This document shows, one piece after another, positions 1 through 12,599 of a stretch of 64,000 bases of DNA. The stretch lies in assembly GCF_009914755.1 (NCBI RefSeq), contig NC_060928.1; one strand, given 5' to 3'. Numbering within the stretch: position 1 is the first letter of the stretch; each line of letters starts with the position of its first letter. This DNA is from the human T2T-CHM13v2.0 reference genome, Homo sapiens. The notes under the pieces are model-generated. The model was not told where the DNA came from, did not search any database, and was given only the letters and a program-made list of their open reading frames with translations. A program made the translations under genes and the position numbers.

Positions 1-160
1 CTGTCCCACTAGGTGGTTTTGCAAACAAAGTTTAATTTACACACAGCTACATTTATATATTGTCTATGAATGCCTTTGCTCTATATTAGCAGAGTTGAAT
101 AGCTGTGACAGAGATCATAGAGCCTGAAAAATTTAAAATATCTATTCTTCATAGAAAGCC
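1..160 (+). mobile_element. MER58A-like hAT-Charlie DNA transposon fragment
   Basis: 'gcaaacaaagttt...acacagc...tattgtctatg...gcagagttgaatagctgtgacagaga' follows the MER58A consensus as I recall it; cut by the window start. Confidence 0.6.
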
Positions 161-189
161 AAAAATAATTACTCTTTGTATAAACATTA

Positions 190-695
190 TGTGATACAGG
201 TTTTCCGTGCACTGGTTACCACTTCAGCTCATTTCTTCTTGGGCTTCAGCTCACTGCACTTTTACTACTAGCCCGAGTCCAATGAGACAGAACACTCACT
301 CATACCACAAGTTACATGAAGTTGGTTTATTACTTCCAGATAGGAAGCAAGGGACAACAGAAGCCTAGGATTCATGATGAGCTGGTTCCCCACCACTCCA
401 TCTGCTAAAGGCAGATAGAGTCTTACTGCTGTGCCCCACTTGCAGCACACCTGAGGGACCCCAGAAAGCGGACAGAATTGGGTTTTATACCTTGGGGATC
501 TCATGGCATAGTAGGCCATGAAGAAGAACATTCTGTTTCTAGGAAGGAAAGGAACAGAATGAGGCTGCTCCAGTGAGTTCCTCCATATCTCAGGATGTTG
601 CATTCCAGCACATTCTTCAGTTATTTTGGAAGACTACAAGTGAGAAAGTGGGGAGAACTGGGTGAGTTCAAGGCCATCAGGAGAGTTATCCTGCA
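190..695 (-). mobile_element. Solo ERV-L LTR, LTR53/MER54 family
   Basis: TG...CA termini flanked by a perfect 5-bp TSD 'catta' (185-189, 696-700). The reverse strand begins 'tgcaggataactctcctgatggccttgaactcacccagttctccccac', typical of MER54/LTR53. Confidence 0.75.
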
Positions 696-983
696 CATTA
701 TGGAAAAGGTATGCTAAACACAGTCTAGAATGTAGTGTAAACTTCCTAAGTGATTTTTGTGCCAACTTGAAGAGTCCAGAGCATGTGCAAATGGTTGCAG
801 CTTACAGAGTGGTGGCAGACAATGTTTCTCTCTAATGAGAAAGCAATCATATAATAGTTTACTTAGCTTTGCTAGTCTCTCCCCAGCCATTACATTGTTA
901 ATCAGAAGGTTGTTTTATTTTACCATAATTATTGTCCAATTTTATTGTAATTATTTCCAGTGTTTATAAAATGCGATTAATAA

Positions 984-1722
984 TGATATGGAAAGGAGGC
1001 AGGGAAGTGCTGGGAAGGGAAGGGCGTGGTCCCTGGCTAGGGTTCCACATCTGAGCCTGTGCCCATGGACCTAGGTGAGGACAGGCACTCCTGCCTTTGT
1101 GCCCAAATGTTGCTTATCCCAAGACCATCCTGGCCCACCACACCCCCATCCTGTGCCTATAAAAACCCCGAGACCCTAGTGGGCACGCACACAAGCACCT
1201 GGACGTTGAGACGAACACACTGGCAAAAGAACACACAAGCGGCTGGACGTCGAGAGGACGCCAAGAGCACACCGACAGGCACCGGCAGGCCAGCTGGCCG
1301 TTGACCAGTGGAACTACATGGAGTTTGTCCTGGACGATTAGAGGGGAGCCCGGCCACTGAGTAGCCCGACTCCAGGGGAAAACTACGGTCCCACTCCATT
1401 TCCTTTCTGGTTCCCCCATCCGCTGAGAGCTACTTCCACTCAATAAAACCTTGCACTCATTCTCCAAGCCCCCGTGTGATCCGATTCTTCCGGTACACCA
1501 AGGCAAGAAACCCCCGGATACAGAAAGCCCTCTGTCCTTGTGATAAGGCAGGGGGCTGTAATAGAGCTGACTAACACAAGCGGCCTACGGATGGCAAAAC
1601 TAAAAGAGCACATGGTAACACACACCCACTGGGGCTTCAGAAGCTGTAAGCATTCACCCCTAGATGCAGTCCTAAGGTTGAAGCCCCACAATCTGCCCTT
1701 CTGCATGCTCCCCGTAGAGGTT
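984..1722 (+). mobile_element. LTR1B-like ERV1 solo LTR, 3'-truncated
   Basis: Starts 'tgatatggaaaggaggcagggaagtgctgggaagggaagggcgtggtccctggctaggg'. TATA-like 'ctataaaa' near 1157, AATAAA at 1442-1447. No terminal CA or TSD visible at the right end. Confidence 0.8.
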
Positions 1723-3009
1723 GGATTTAAACAGAACAAAGCAAATTAAAAGCAGAACGAGAGAAGAAAACATATCTTAAATGTTCATCATCATTAGAGT
1801 GAATTTTTGAGGTCGACCAGGAAGAAGAAAAATAATGTTTTTAACACTTTGTATAAGTCTTAGAGGTGTAGTAGTACTCTTTTGAGGATGGGCATGAGCA
1901 CAGGCTTTATAAGACATATGCAGATTGTGGTGAGTGTTACAGTTGCTCACATATGAAACTCAACACAGATCATTTTTGTTTTAGGCTTTTTAGTGAGTTT
2001 GTCTATCTTCCTTTGAGCAGGATGTGAGGGAATGGTGTGAAAAAAAGACTATCTGCTCACCTAATATTCCTATTCATCATATTTTATCCCACATTTAACA
2101 TCTAATCTTAAAATATGTATACATATTAGCATTTATACAGTTATATTCCTGCATATCTATTTCTTCCAACCAATTTACTTTCTGAAAAGTATTGAATTAC
2201 CTTTTACTGGGTCAGCCTAAAAACATCACAGAATACAATAAATCCTTTTAATCTGACTATGTCCACATTTGGCCTTAATCTCTTTGTTCATTTTTGGACA
2301 CAAATATCCAGAACAAAATTTTATTTTCCTCAGAGCAGAGAAGCACTTTCTCTGGCTTTCATGTTTAACAACTCAACAACCTTTTGCTCAAGATTAAATA
2401 CTTTATTGTGTCTACAGGCAGTTGCATATTTATTACTCCTGAGGCAGTGGTATTTGAAATAAATGGAATTGAATGACTCGGTGAAATAGTTTCTGAAATC
2501 CATGTATCTTGAGTTGCTCTATCTCAAAGGAAAAGAAAACATTTCATATCCCTACTATGAGAAGATAGTTCATATGAGAAACACCAGGGCTATAAAAGTG
2601 AAGTAAACATTTTATTGTGGCTCAGTTTTTGTTTGTTTTACTGTAAGTCTGAATTCTTAAAATCAGAGAAATTATTTTCCATATTTTTTTCTTTTCTTAA
2701 AACAGACAAGATCTGTTTTTGAATTTTTCCAAGTTCATGTATTAGAATTACACGACATTCTCCAAATATACTAGGCATTCATCATTTTAATATGACTCTC
2801 ACTAAAATAAGTTTGAATATTAAATATATGCATGTTATATAATAAATATTTGTATCTAATATACATATAGCATGTATATAAAATATATGTAGATATGTAT
2901 ATATATACACATTTGAGGTATACATACAATTAATTTCAATCATCAATTCAACCATACTGGTCTCTACACTGTTTTGAGATGGACTAGTCACTGTTTTGAG
3001 ATGGGCCAC

Positions 3010-3243
3010 ACCTAGTCCTTTTCTCTTAGTCTTCCCTCTCCCTAGAATTTTTTTTTACCAAAATATATCTGCATGATTTATTCTCTCCCTCTGAGAATCT
3101 CTACTAAAAATTCCATCATCAGAAAGCTCACCTATGACTCATATACTCTATTGTCATTGCCTTCCTTCATTATGTTTTTATAGCCTTATTACCGCTTACA
3201 TTGTCTTCTCTCAGTAGAAGTTTAGCTCCATGAGAGAAGGGAT
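3010..3243 (+). mobile_element. L2 LINE 3' fragment
   Basis: 'tagaagtttagctccatgagagaaggga' and the upstream pyrimidine-rich tract resemble the L2 3' end. Confidence 0.5.
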
Positions 3244-3244
3244 C

Positions 3245-3297
3245 ATACACATGCACACATGTGCGTGCACACACACACACACACACAAACACACATA
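3245..3297. repeat. (CA)n microsatellite
   Basis: Directly visible imperfect CA run. Confidence 0.9.
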
Positions 3298-4528
3298 AAA
3301 TCTCTGCAGGCTTACAACAATATGTGTAACAAAGCAAGTGGTTTGATTGGATGGTCAAATAAATCTTATTTGTTTCATACTGAATGTCAATACAACACCT
3401 TTAAATTATTTAATTTTATATTGTACAAAATTCATGCTTTTAAAAAGCTACCAAAGGATAATAATTAGAAAGAAATTTAAAATTATTCAGTGTAAATAAT
3501 TGTCTTTAAAACTACCTTTTTATGAGATTTTAAAGTATTGAATCATTATCATACTTACATTGTAATAGTGCATTCATCAGATAGCAAACTTTGATCACAG
3601 CACTACATATCAACATAGTGTGCTAATATTACATATGATATTGAGTTTATAAACAAGGTAAATAAAATTGTGATTTAATAAAAATATTAGAAAATGTGTG
3701 ATACATTTAAGTGAATAGAATAGATGAACAAAATAAATGTTTTATTGCTGGAAAGGGTGAATTGCCATTTAATTTTGCCAATATAAAAATTTAATTTCTT
3801 AACAATAGAGTTAATTTAGTTACTATTTTGTCTCATTAGTTAGTTAAAATCTTAAAGTATGTGGATGTCTAGGATAATTCTTGACTATGCTTGACTTCTT
3901 GGTTCTTTTTCTTTTAATTTCTGTGGGTATATAATAGGTGTCCTTTTATCCATCAGTAATATCTACCAACCACTTGCATATCTGTCTTTTCCTGCTATTT
4001 TTAAAAACATGACAATTTCTGATTCTTATCAACTATCAATTCTTCAAGTAATTTAAAAATGTTTAAATTTTTCATCCATGAGGGAAATTTCTAATATTAT
4101 ACTTCCAAAGGAAAAAGATTTTTATAACAGTAATTTGAATATATGTTTTTTGTACTTGTCTTTTTGAGTGTATGACTCTTTGCAACAAATATAAAGTTTA
4201 TTTAAATATATTGATTTTATATAACAAACTAGGGCATAGAGAAATGTTTCTAAACTTTTTATTCTTTCTGCTAGAGTCTAACATGAACTTACAGAAAAAA
4301 ATACAGTAAATGAAAATGGACATTTACCAGAGCATTTTCTCATTGTGTAAATCCTCATTATTACCTTAAGAATAAAATAAAATGTCTTACCTGGTCTATT
4401 AAGGTTCCTCTATTACTCATACCATAATTGTTTTTCAATTTCACCTGACTTCCAATCTATAGATATCTTTTTTATCTCAATCCATTAGGGCTTTGTTTTA
4501 TTATTTTTTTAGTTTTCATCTTTTAAAT

Positions 4529-5063
4529 CATAATGGACATTATGATGTGCTTTTCAGATCCTTTTTTACAAAAGAAGGATTTATTCCTCAAGCAACTATG
4601 AGTGCTGTGGGGGAAAAACAAAAAGCCTATAACTGTCATAGTTGTGGAGCTACCTACAATGAAGAAAGCCACATCATCCACAGTCACACCACCTCCCAGG
4701 GAAGTCCATATGTAATGACTGATCAACATGCAGGTACAAAGGCAAAGTTCCCAGCTTGAATCTACTCTGAAAGGTCATCCCAGATACTGAACTCATAGAG
4801 TTGGTGAAATGTACATGGAGACTGAAAGTTCATCCCAGATACTAAACTCATAGAGTTGGCTAAATGTCCATGGAGACTGCATCACAGCTCAGCTTCTCCT
4901 TTCTGATTTCTCTTCCTTCTATTTCTTTACACAAATATCAATCTCAAGAATGCTTCATAATAAACCCTCTATAAATTGATATATATTTATATATATAAAC
5001 CATATATATATATATGTTATATATATGTTAGAACTGGTCATGCAGGGAATTCAACATGCCAAA
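4529..5063 (+). mobile_element. 5' LTR (LTR16C-like) of an ancient ERV-L provirus
   Basis: Matches LTR16 motifs 'cagatcc..gaaggatttattcc', 'ctctgaaaggtcatcccag', 'actgcatcacagctcagcttctcc' and 'taataaac'. Contains a 55-bp tandem duplication and a (TA)n insertion at ~4978-5027. Confidence 0.7.
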
Positions 5064-6765
5064 TTTGTGCCAGGGGTCTGAGAACAGACATATAAGCATG
5101 ATATTTTAGAGCTGTGTCACCCATTGTCAGCTGTCCACAAGTACATTATCACTAATGCTTGTGTAGCAAAGAAACCCCTGGCACAAGATGCGAGTGTAAC
5201 TGTTAAGATTCTCACTATGAGTAAGCTGGAATGGAATACAAGTGAAGAAGAATGCATTAACTGATGCATATACCTGGTATTTGAGAAATATGAAGGAAAT
5301 GTGGAGAAATGGTACTTTAAGGGCAGTGGAATTGTGTATCTATTGCTAACCTGTGTTTTACAAGAGAAGAAATCTGAGTGGTTAATTAGAAATTAAAAGT
5401 TAAGTATGAGACCCAGAGCAGTTCTTTAGTAGTATATAATGAAGATCTTGTCTCTTGTTCTAAGGGCATAGAGAACTGAGGTTTGGGTCCAATATTCAAT
5501 TATAAGAATAGCTAAACCCCAAAGAAGTTTAAGTTTTAAAACTAGGCAGATCAGCTATATCAAGGTCGGAACCTGTTTGAGATGAAAACACCAATGTGCA
5601 AGTAAAAATCTTGAATTCTAAGATTCTTCTGAATTATCTGTGATTGCATAAGAGCTGTTTCTTTTATCCCCCCATTGCTAGAAAGCAATCGAGAAGCTTC
5701 TCCTCTACTAGACAATATCTGCCTCCTTTAGGATATTCTGCTGTTTTCTCTTCTTATTATTAAGTTTAGGTCATAGCATAATCCATTGAGCGCCAAGGCT
5801 GGGCCTGATAAGAGAAGAAAGTAGGCTCTACTTCGAAGAAGCTGCAGGAACCACTCATCAGGTGTGGTGTATACATGGGATTATATTCTGAAGGTGCTTG
5901 ACCAAGGGAGAGAACACATGGTTAAATAAAGGACTCTTATAGACTTGAGATCGCTCTCTGGGTATACAGAATTAAACACCCTGGTATAACACCAGAGGAT
6001 AGTATGAAGACATTTCCAGCAAGATTCCTAGAAACATGGGAAAATGATGGTCTACACTGAATGAAGAAATGCCAGAATTTGAATGACAGATATAAAAGGA
6101 TTAAAAGGTTCAGAGACATAGTCGTGCTAGGATGGCTCTTTAATACAGCTGGTAAAAACATCCAGACACATGAGAACACAAAGGCTACACTATTCACCAA
6201 ATCAGTAAGAACACTGCTGGGAAGAAGGGAACCAACTTCACTAAGATACTCATAGGTTGCTTCCCTTTCTAGGCCAGGACTTGAGGGAGAAGATATCTTT
6301 ATAAAACTGCGTTCACCGATACTAACAGGAATGACAGAACACTGAAAGCACAGAGGCCAGGTGGAAGTGCTAAACTGTTAAAAGATGGGCACACAATTAT
6401 AAATAGTGTCAAGATCAGATGTGGGCCAGGGAGGGCTGACTGACAAAGAGTTATAAAGATGATTAATAGAACCTGATATTTCCAGAGTCAAAATAGATTA
6501 GCAGTCTATGCAAGTACTACTTTATCTGTAATTCAAAATAAATAAAGGATGGATGAACAGGAGGATGAGCAATCTTACTAATAAGAAGTCATTGTTCCTT
6601 GCCCAATTTTCGGTCATGAGCAAGTTTTCAGACCCAGGCACCTTTGTTGAAGGGGAGGCCGGGTCCCCAAGAAGAAAAACTATCTGTATTGCCATGAGAA
6701 GTGGACATGGTAATTATTCCCTCAGGTCTTCTTCAAAGCACCGGTGGCTATATGACTGAGTATTT

Positions 6766-7070
6766 CTTTTCTTTTTTGTTTTTTTTTTGTGACGGAATCT
6801 CACTCTGTCCCCAGGTTGGAGCGCAGTGGCGTGATGTCAGTTCACTGCAACAACCTACACCTCCCGGTTCAAGTGATTCTCCTGCCTCAGCCTCCCGAGT
6901 AGTTGGGACTGTAGGTGTGTGCCACCACGCCCGGCTCATTTTTTGTATTTTTAGTAGAGACAGGATTTCACCATGTTGGCCAGGATGGTTTCGAACTCCA
7001 GACCTCATGATCCACCCGCCTTGGCCTCTCAAAGTGCTGGGATTACAGGTGTGAGCCACTGCGCCCAGCC
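6766..7070 (-). mobile_element. AluS (Sc/Sg-like) inserted in the ERV-L
   Basis: Full dimeric Alu with T-rich tail on the left; TSD 'atgactgagtattt' at 6752-6765 and 7071-7084. Confidence 0.95.
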
Positions 7071-7565
7071 ATGACTGAGTATTTTTATGCTGGGAAAAAC
7101 ATTTCAAGGATTTTTGACCACAGTGTCTGACTTGACATTGATACCTTAAGATCTGTAGTGTCATTGTGGCCCCTTATCAGAGTGATGGCATATGGAGGAG
7201 GTCAGGTAACAAATACAGTCTTCAGATCCATGCTGATGATTTCTTCAGTCTCTGAATATATAATGAGAAATACATACTTGGTGGTTGGCACAAACCACAT
7301 GTTGATTTCCTGGTCTGTGAGTTGAAAGATCCTGGATATGATGACAAAAGTCAGTGTCACACTTAAAGTCCTAAGGAATTCAGACGTGATGATCCTCATT
7401 GTATCTCTGTTTAATGTGCCAGTCCGGTTCTTGCAAAAACCAGAGGGATCTTAAGAGTATTAGAGTAGACTATTGTAAAATCAATGAAATCATAGCTTCA
7501 GTTGGAGTGGTTTTGCCACATACAGAATCTTTGCTAAAGCAGATCAAAATGGCTTCAAGTGCTTA

Positions 7566-7686
7566 ATGGGGTCTTGTTGTGTTGCCCAGGCTGGCCTCAG
7601 GTGATCCTCGAACTACAGCTTCCCAAAGTACTGGGATTATAGGCATCTCAAGGTACTGGAATTATATAGTACTTGACATACCTGGC
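7566..7686 (-). mobile_element. FLAM / Alu left-monomer remnant inside ERV-L RT
   Basis: 'gggtcttgttgtgttgcccaggctgg...cccaaagtactgggattataggcat...catacctggc', with the shared flank 'cttcaagt' on both sides. Confidence 0.7.
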
Positions 7687-8579
7687 AACTTCAAGTATAT
7701 ATTAAGTGATCACTGGTTAGGTGAAATTATAATTTTTAGAAACAGTTCACACTTAGTTGGACTGGACAACAGTGCCTAGTAATAGTCTTTTCCTAGGACT
7801 ATGTTAACTCTTCTACTCTCTGTTTTAATATATTTTGAGGGGACGTGACCCTGTTGGACATCTCAAAGAACATCTCATTGTTCCATTATCTTTATGATGT
7901 CATGTGATTGGACTGGATGAACAAGTAATGCTGTGTGTATTGGAGTCCTTGGGAAGAATATGTGCTCCAGAAAGAGAGTGATAAACCCTATGCAAATTTA
8001 AAGATCTGCTATATAGTAAAATGTTTAATTGTGTTCAGAGTTTTGAGGCATGTTTGGGATCCATTCCAAAATAAATAATTTGTTATTGTACTTGGTACTT
8101 CCGATCACAAAGAAGAAAGTACAATGTCTGGCAGGCTTCTTTGTGTTCTGGTCAACATATTCCACACCTGGAAATACTATTCTGAGCTATATACTAGGTG
8201 AGGCAAGTGTATATCCATACTGTGCTACAAGCAGCATTTCCTATTATGCCACATGGCTCAGCAGACCCTATGATATTACAAGCATTAATGATGAGGAAAG
8301 ATCCTGTGTGAAATTTCTCACAAGCTCAATAGAAATATATAAATCAGGCTCCTAGATTTCTGGAGCAAGGCTATGACATCTACAGTGCGATATTACACAC
8401 CTTATAAAAACAAGATCCTGATGTTTTTCTAGGTGCTGAGAAATGACTACTAATAAAATATAAAGTTACTATGCAGTCAAAATGGCTTACCATGAGCTGG
8501 ATTCTTTTATAAGGATGGTTCAGGACCAACAGCAATTATCTTGCAAACTAGAATTTCTACACACAGAACCAAGCATAAA

Positions 8580-9074
8580 CAGAGTGTTGTAAATTTGTGC
8601 AATATAGTTGCTGCCTTGGCATCTATTTTTAGGCCTGATGTAAGTTGTTTGAAAACCGGTTATACCCCAATGTCTTTGGCCTACTTGAAACTTTCCCTCC
8701 CTATGTTGTTGCTTGCAATATAGCTTGCTTGTTCCTCATTGCCTTTATCCAAAATCTAACACATCCTACAGTTGGTGAGCATCATAAAACCTAATGGTCA
8801 ACAACAGAGTCATGTAAATAAGCTCTTAGATTTCCTATCAGCATGCTCCTATACTGACTCCTAACCTCTCGGGGATCTGCAGGTAATATATTTCTTCTCT
8901 TTCATGTACTTTGATTTCACCTCCTCTTGTGTCTCACCTGACTGACATGCCCAAACTTGACTCTTCCTTCTTTCTTCTGTCAGGGGAACAGTGGCTATCT
9001 AGGCTTATGGTAACTCTTAACAGAGAGACCTCAAGAACAAATTAGAAACAACTCATAACAATAGAAGTCACAAC
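8580..9074 (+). mobile_element. MER74-like solo ERV-L LTR nested in ERV-L pol
   Basis: 'tgctgccttggcatctatttttaggcctga...aaaacctaatggtcaacaacagagtcatgtaaataag...gagagacctcaagaacaaattagaa...cacaac'. Host pol sequence resumes at 'gcagggccagg'. Boundaries approximate. Confidence 0.6.
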
Positions 9075-10745
9075 GCAGGGCCAGGAATTATAAGCAGACT
9101 ACACAAATAGTTGACCTAGAACCTCATGTAACACACCATTGTTGTACCAGAGCCTGTTCTTCAGCTGAAAACCAACATCTGTACGAGAGATATCTTCTGA
9201 CACAAGGCAATGGAGAAAAATGTCTGACCTTGCTTTACAGATAGGTCACCTGAATAGATGATAAACGTATTACAGCCCCACTCAGGAGTAGCCTTGAAAG
9301 ACAGTGGTGAGAAAAAATTTTCCTAATGGTCAGAATTTTGGGTGATACATCAGGTCATTCACACTGTATGGAAAGAGAAGTGACCCAAGGTTATGTATTC
9401 ATAGCCAGTGATGTATGATTTCTCTGGCTTGTCAGTGGCCAATCAAGAGAGATATTAAAGAAATTAGAAACTCTGGGGTAGAAAACTATAAATAAACCTA
9501 TGAGAAAGGGCACCAAATAAGCAGATCTTTGGATTGCTTGATAACATACACCAGAGGCTCTTCATCAGAAAAGAGATATGGAAAGATCAGGTAGGCAGAA
9601 TAAGCTGACTGGTTAACATCAGTCAGTCTTGGTGTCAGCAGTGTCAACAGTGCTGATACAATGGGTGCATGAACAGAGAATCCATGGTGTCAGGGACAAA
9701 AGTGATGTATATATCCAAGGGCATGGGTTTGCACGTATCAAAGCTGATAACTTTCTGCTGCTTTCACTTGTCCAAATGCCAGAAAAAGAAACTAACGGTG
9801 AGTCTCTACAACAGTATTAACTGTAATGGAAACCAATGGTCCATATGGTGGCAAGTTGACTATATTAAACCCCTACAACTATGGAAGGGGAAAATTATTT
9901 TGAAAGTAATAAATACATATTCTGTACCAGGATTTGCCTCTTGCCAGCAGGTCTTTTGTCAGACTTACTATTGGGGCTTACAGAGTGTTTGATCTTTTGG
10001 CATGGATACCACATAATGTCACGTGAACAAAGGATCCATTTTATAGCAAAGAAGATGTGGAGATAGGCCCATCATGATGTGACCCATTGGTTTTATGGCA
10101 TTCTATTCCACCCAGAATCTGCTGGCTTGATAGAAAGCCAAGAGACATAGCACCAATAGACATTGTCACCAAGAGACATAGCAAGAGTTACATTGAAATA
10201 TAAGCTACAGCTATTACTGTTGTGCTTTGGGTTTCACATGCCAAGGAAATAAGAAAGAAGACATGTTATTACTATTGTGGAAGAGAGAAATGATGCCTAT
10301 CATTAGGAGGAATTAAGACATCTATTACCCAATAGCATCATGGACAGGTAAGCTTGGCACAGAAGTAATCTCCTTGCAGATCTCTTGGTACTCTCTTACC
10401 TTATTTTGATAACAAATGAGCAAATGCAGCAGCCACAGCTTGAGATATATGTAATGAAAAGAAGCTCTGAACCCCCAGAGATGAGGGCCTATGATATATC
10501 AACAGTAAGCTACCAAGACCAAAAAAGCACTCCTTTAGGGTATGAGGAATCTAGCATAGATTGTAGAGGATAGTGATAAGGGGCGTTGCATAGCTGAAAC
10601 CCGTTAAATGACAGAAGAGTCGTTCATCCCACTAACCTAAATTTCTCCCAGAAGAAAAGTCCCACCACAATCCTGGAGGAACTACTCTCATATTTGGTGA
10701 CCTTTTATACAAGTCAAGTAGATCAGAGCTGCTGAAGGAGTAGAG

Positions 10746-11171
10746 TGTGATGGATAATTTGATGAGACATCTAGAATGCCTTTTGGGAATGAAGGACCAT
10801 AAATGCTGCCTGCAGAAAGCTCTAAATTTTCAGCCCCAAGAATTGCGTGGACCAAAGATAACCTCTTTGCTCAGATCACACTTCCTCCCTGGGGCTGCCA
10901 CATCGAATTACTAATTGACATAAGAGTAGCAAGGTCCAGCCTTTTTTTACCCAATTTGGGAAAATTTCAAAGACTCACCTTAGCTTCAGAATTCCCCATA
11001 GGGTTGGTTATAGCTTTCTTTCAGGCTGTAACACTGTTCAACTTCTTCCTCTGCACAATTCTACTTTTTCTTCTTGTTTGCAGGTGCTGATCCCAGGAGA
11101 AAGCCCTAATAAAATCTCTGCACACTTATTTATCTGAAAGATAGATGCTTTTCAGATAACACAATTTACAC
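10746..11171 (+). mobile_element. 3' LTR (LTR16C-like) of the ERV-L provirus
   Basis: Begins TG directly after the purine tract 'gaaggagtagag'. Colinear with the 5' LTR ('gaatgaagga', 'gttcaacttcttcctctgc', 'caggtgctgatcccagg', 'ccctaataaa'). Confidence 0.75.
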
Positions 11172-11233
11172 TTGCCACAAAATCCACACAGTCTATCCAT
11201 GGCCAATACAATTTTTCACCAAACACAAATTAA

Positions 11234-11541
<308 letters not shown>

Positions 11542-12599
11542 TCTTTATTTTCTTATAACTAACCTTAGTGCATTTTGGTTGGAAAAGAGAATCAAGCTAA
11601 ATGTCAAAGCAGAAAACTTAATTTAGTCATTTCCATTAAAATTTATTCATATCTTTATTTCTTATTCATTACGAGTCAAATTCTAAATTTCTTTCTTCCT
11701 CCTCTTTATATGTTAAGTTGATTCTAGCTTCTAAGATTAATATGAGTTTTGAGGGTTCTTGAACTCTCCTACACAAATATCTGCTAATATATCCAATTAT
11801 CCATTGTGACTTTGGGGCTTTATCGTACCTACTTTTAGCTGTTGATATTCCTCCCCCGGGGAGGTGTTGGGAGTAGGGTGCATCACTGAATCTATTATGC
11901 CTTTTTCTGACCTCCTGCTCATATGGTCCACTTTAATATCTGAGGCTGCAATCACTGGGTCATAATCAGGAGATCCCTTCAGGCTGCCAGTTTTCTCCTC
12001 CAGCAATCTTGCTTGTCCTTTTCAGGCGCATGAAATATTTCTCCTGGACCTCTTGTCCTTTACAGGCCCTGGGGGGCTCAGGCTGTCATCACGCCCTTTC
12101 TGGTCCTGATTTCAGATGCATTTCTCTCTATTCTCTTGCCTTTATCCAGTTAGAGGACCTAGTGTCCCTTCAGTAACAGCCACACTCCCAGATTTCCAGT
12201 TCCAGAAGGCAGCATTAGGGGTGGATACCCATGGATTCTTATCTTCCTCCACAATTGTAGCTAAAATGTGGAAGGCACAGGGTCTGTCATAATGATATCA
12301 AATTGTGTGTTTATTGTCCACAGTACACAAAAGTTTTACCATCTGGAATGTGAATATTACTTCATACTGTCAAGCATTCTTGCCAAATCTATTGTTTATG
12401 GCAATAAACATCACTTTAACATTCAAAACCAGATATTTTTTTTTTGGTCACAAATTGTTGGTTCTGTGTAGAGCTTCAAAAAGTTCTCTGTAGAAGCCTC
12501 AAAGTCCAGGTTGTTGGCATAAACCTTCCTCTGAAGGTTGTAGTTTGTACTGGATCTCTCCTTTTGCCCCTCAAAACATAAGCAGGGCAGGGCATACCA

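Larger units (their letters stand above)
5064..10745 (+). mobile_element. ERV3-16A3-type ERV-L internal region (degenerate gag-pro-pol-dUTPase)
   Basis: Degenerate ERV-L motifs occur in the expected order. Gag: RIKRFRDIVVLGWL...TLFTKSVR (ORF 6061-6255). Protease: TFQGFLTTVSDLTLIP (~7099-7146). RT: DYCKIN (~7468), a degenerate Q-G-Y-V-N-S-like motif (~7790-7810), HYLYDVM (~7884). Integrase: WWQVDYIKPL...INTYS..GFA (ORF 9669-9992) and HPESAGLIE (~10110-10135). dUTPase-like segment ~10190-10320; purine tract before the 3' LTR. Many stops and frameshifts. Confidence 0.8.

Noticed and set aside
1059-1749. Cluster of overlapping ORFs on both strands
   Set aside because: All within the GC-rich LTR1B; no coding signature.
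4767-4876. Short direct repeats (here and at 2967, 13502, 34406) as a CRISPR-like array
   Set aside because: Only two copies each, no spacer series, unrelated to one another, no cas genes, and the context is eukaryotic.
6701-7164. 117-aa and 138-aa ORFs, and similar ones at 11237, 23583, 24340, 29170, 37577 and 37855
   Set aside because: Typical Alu-derived translations.
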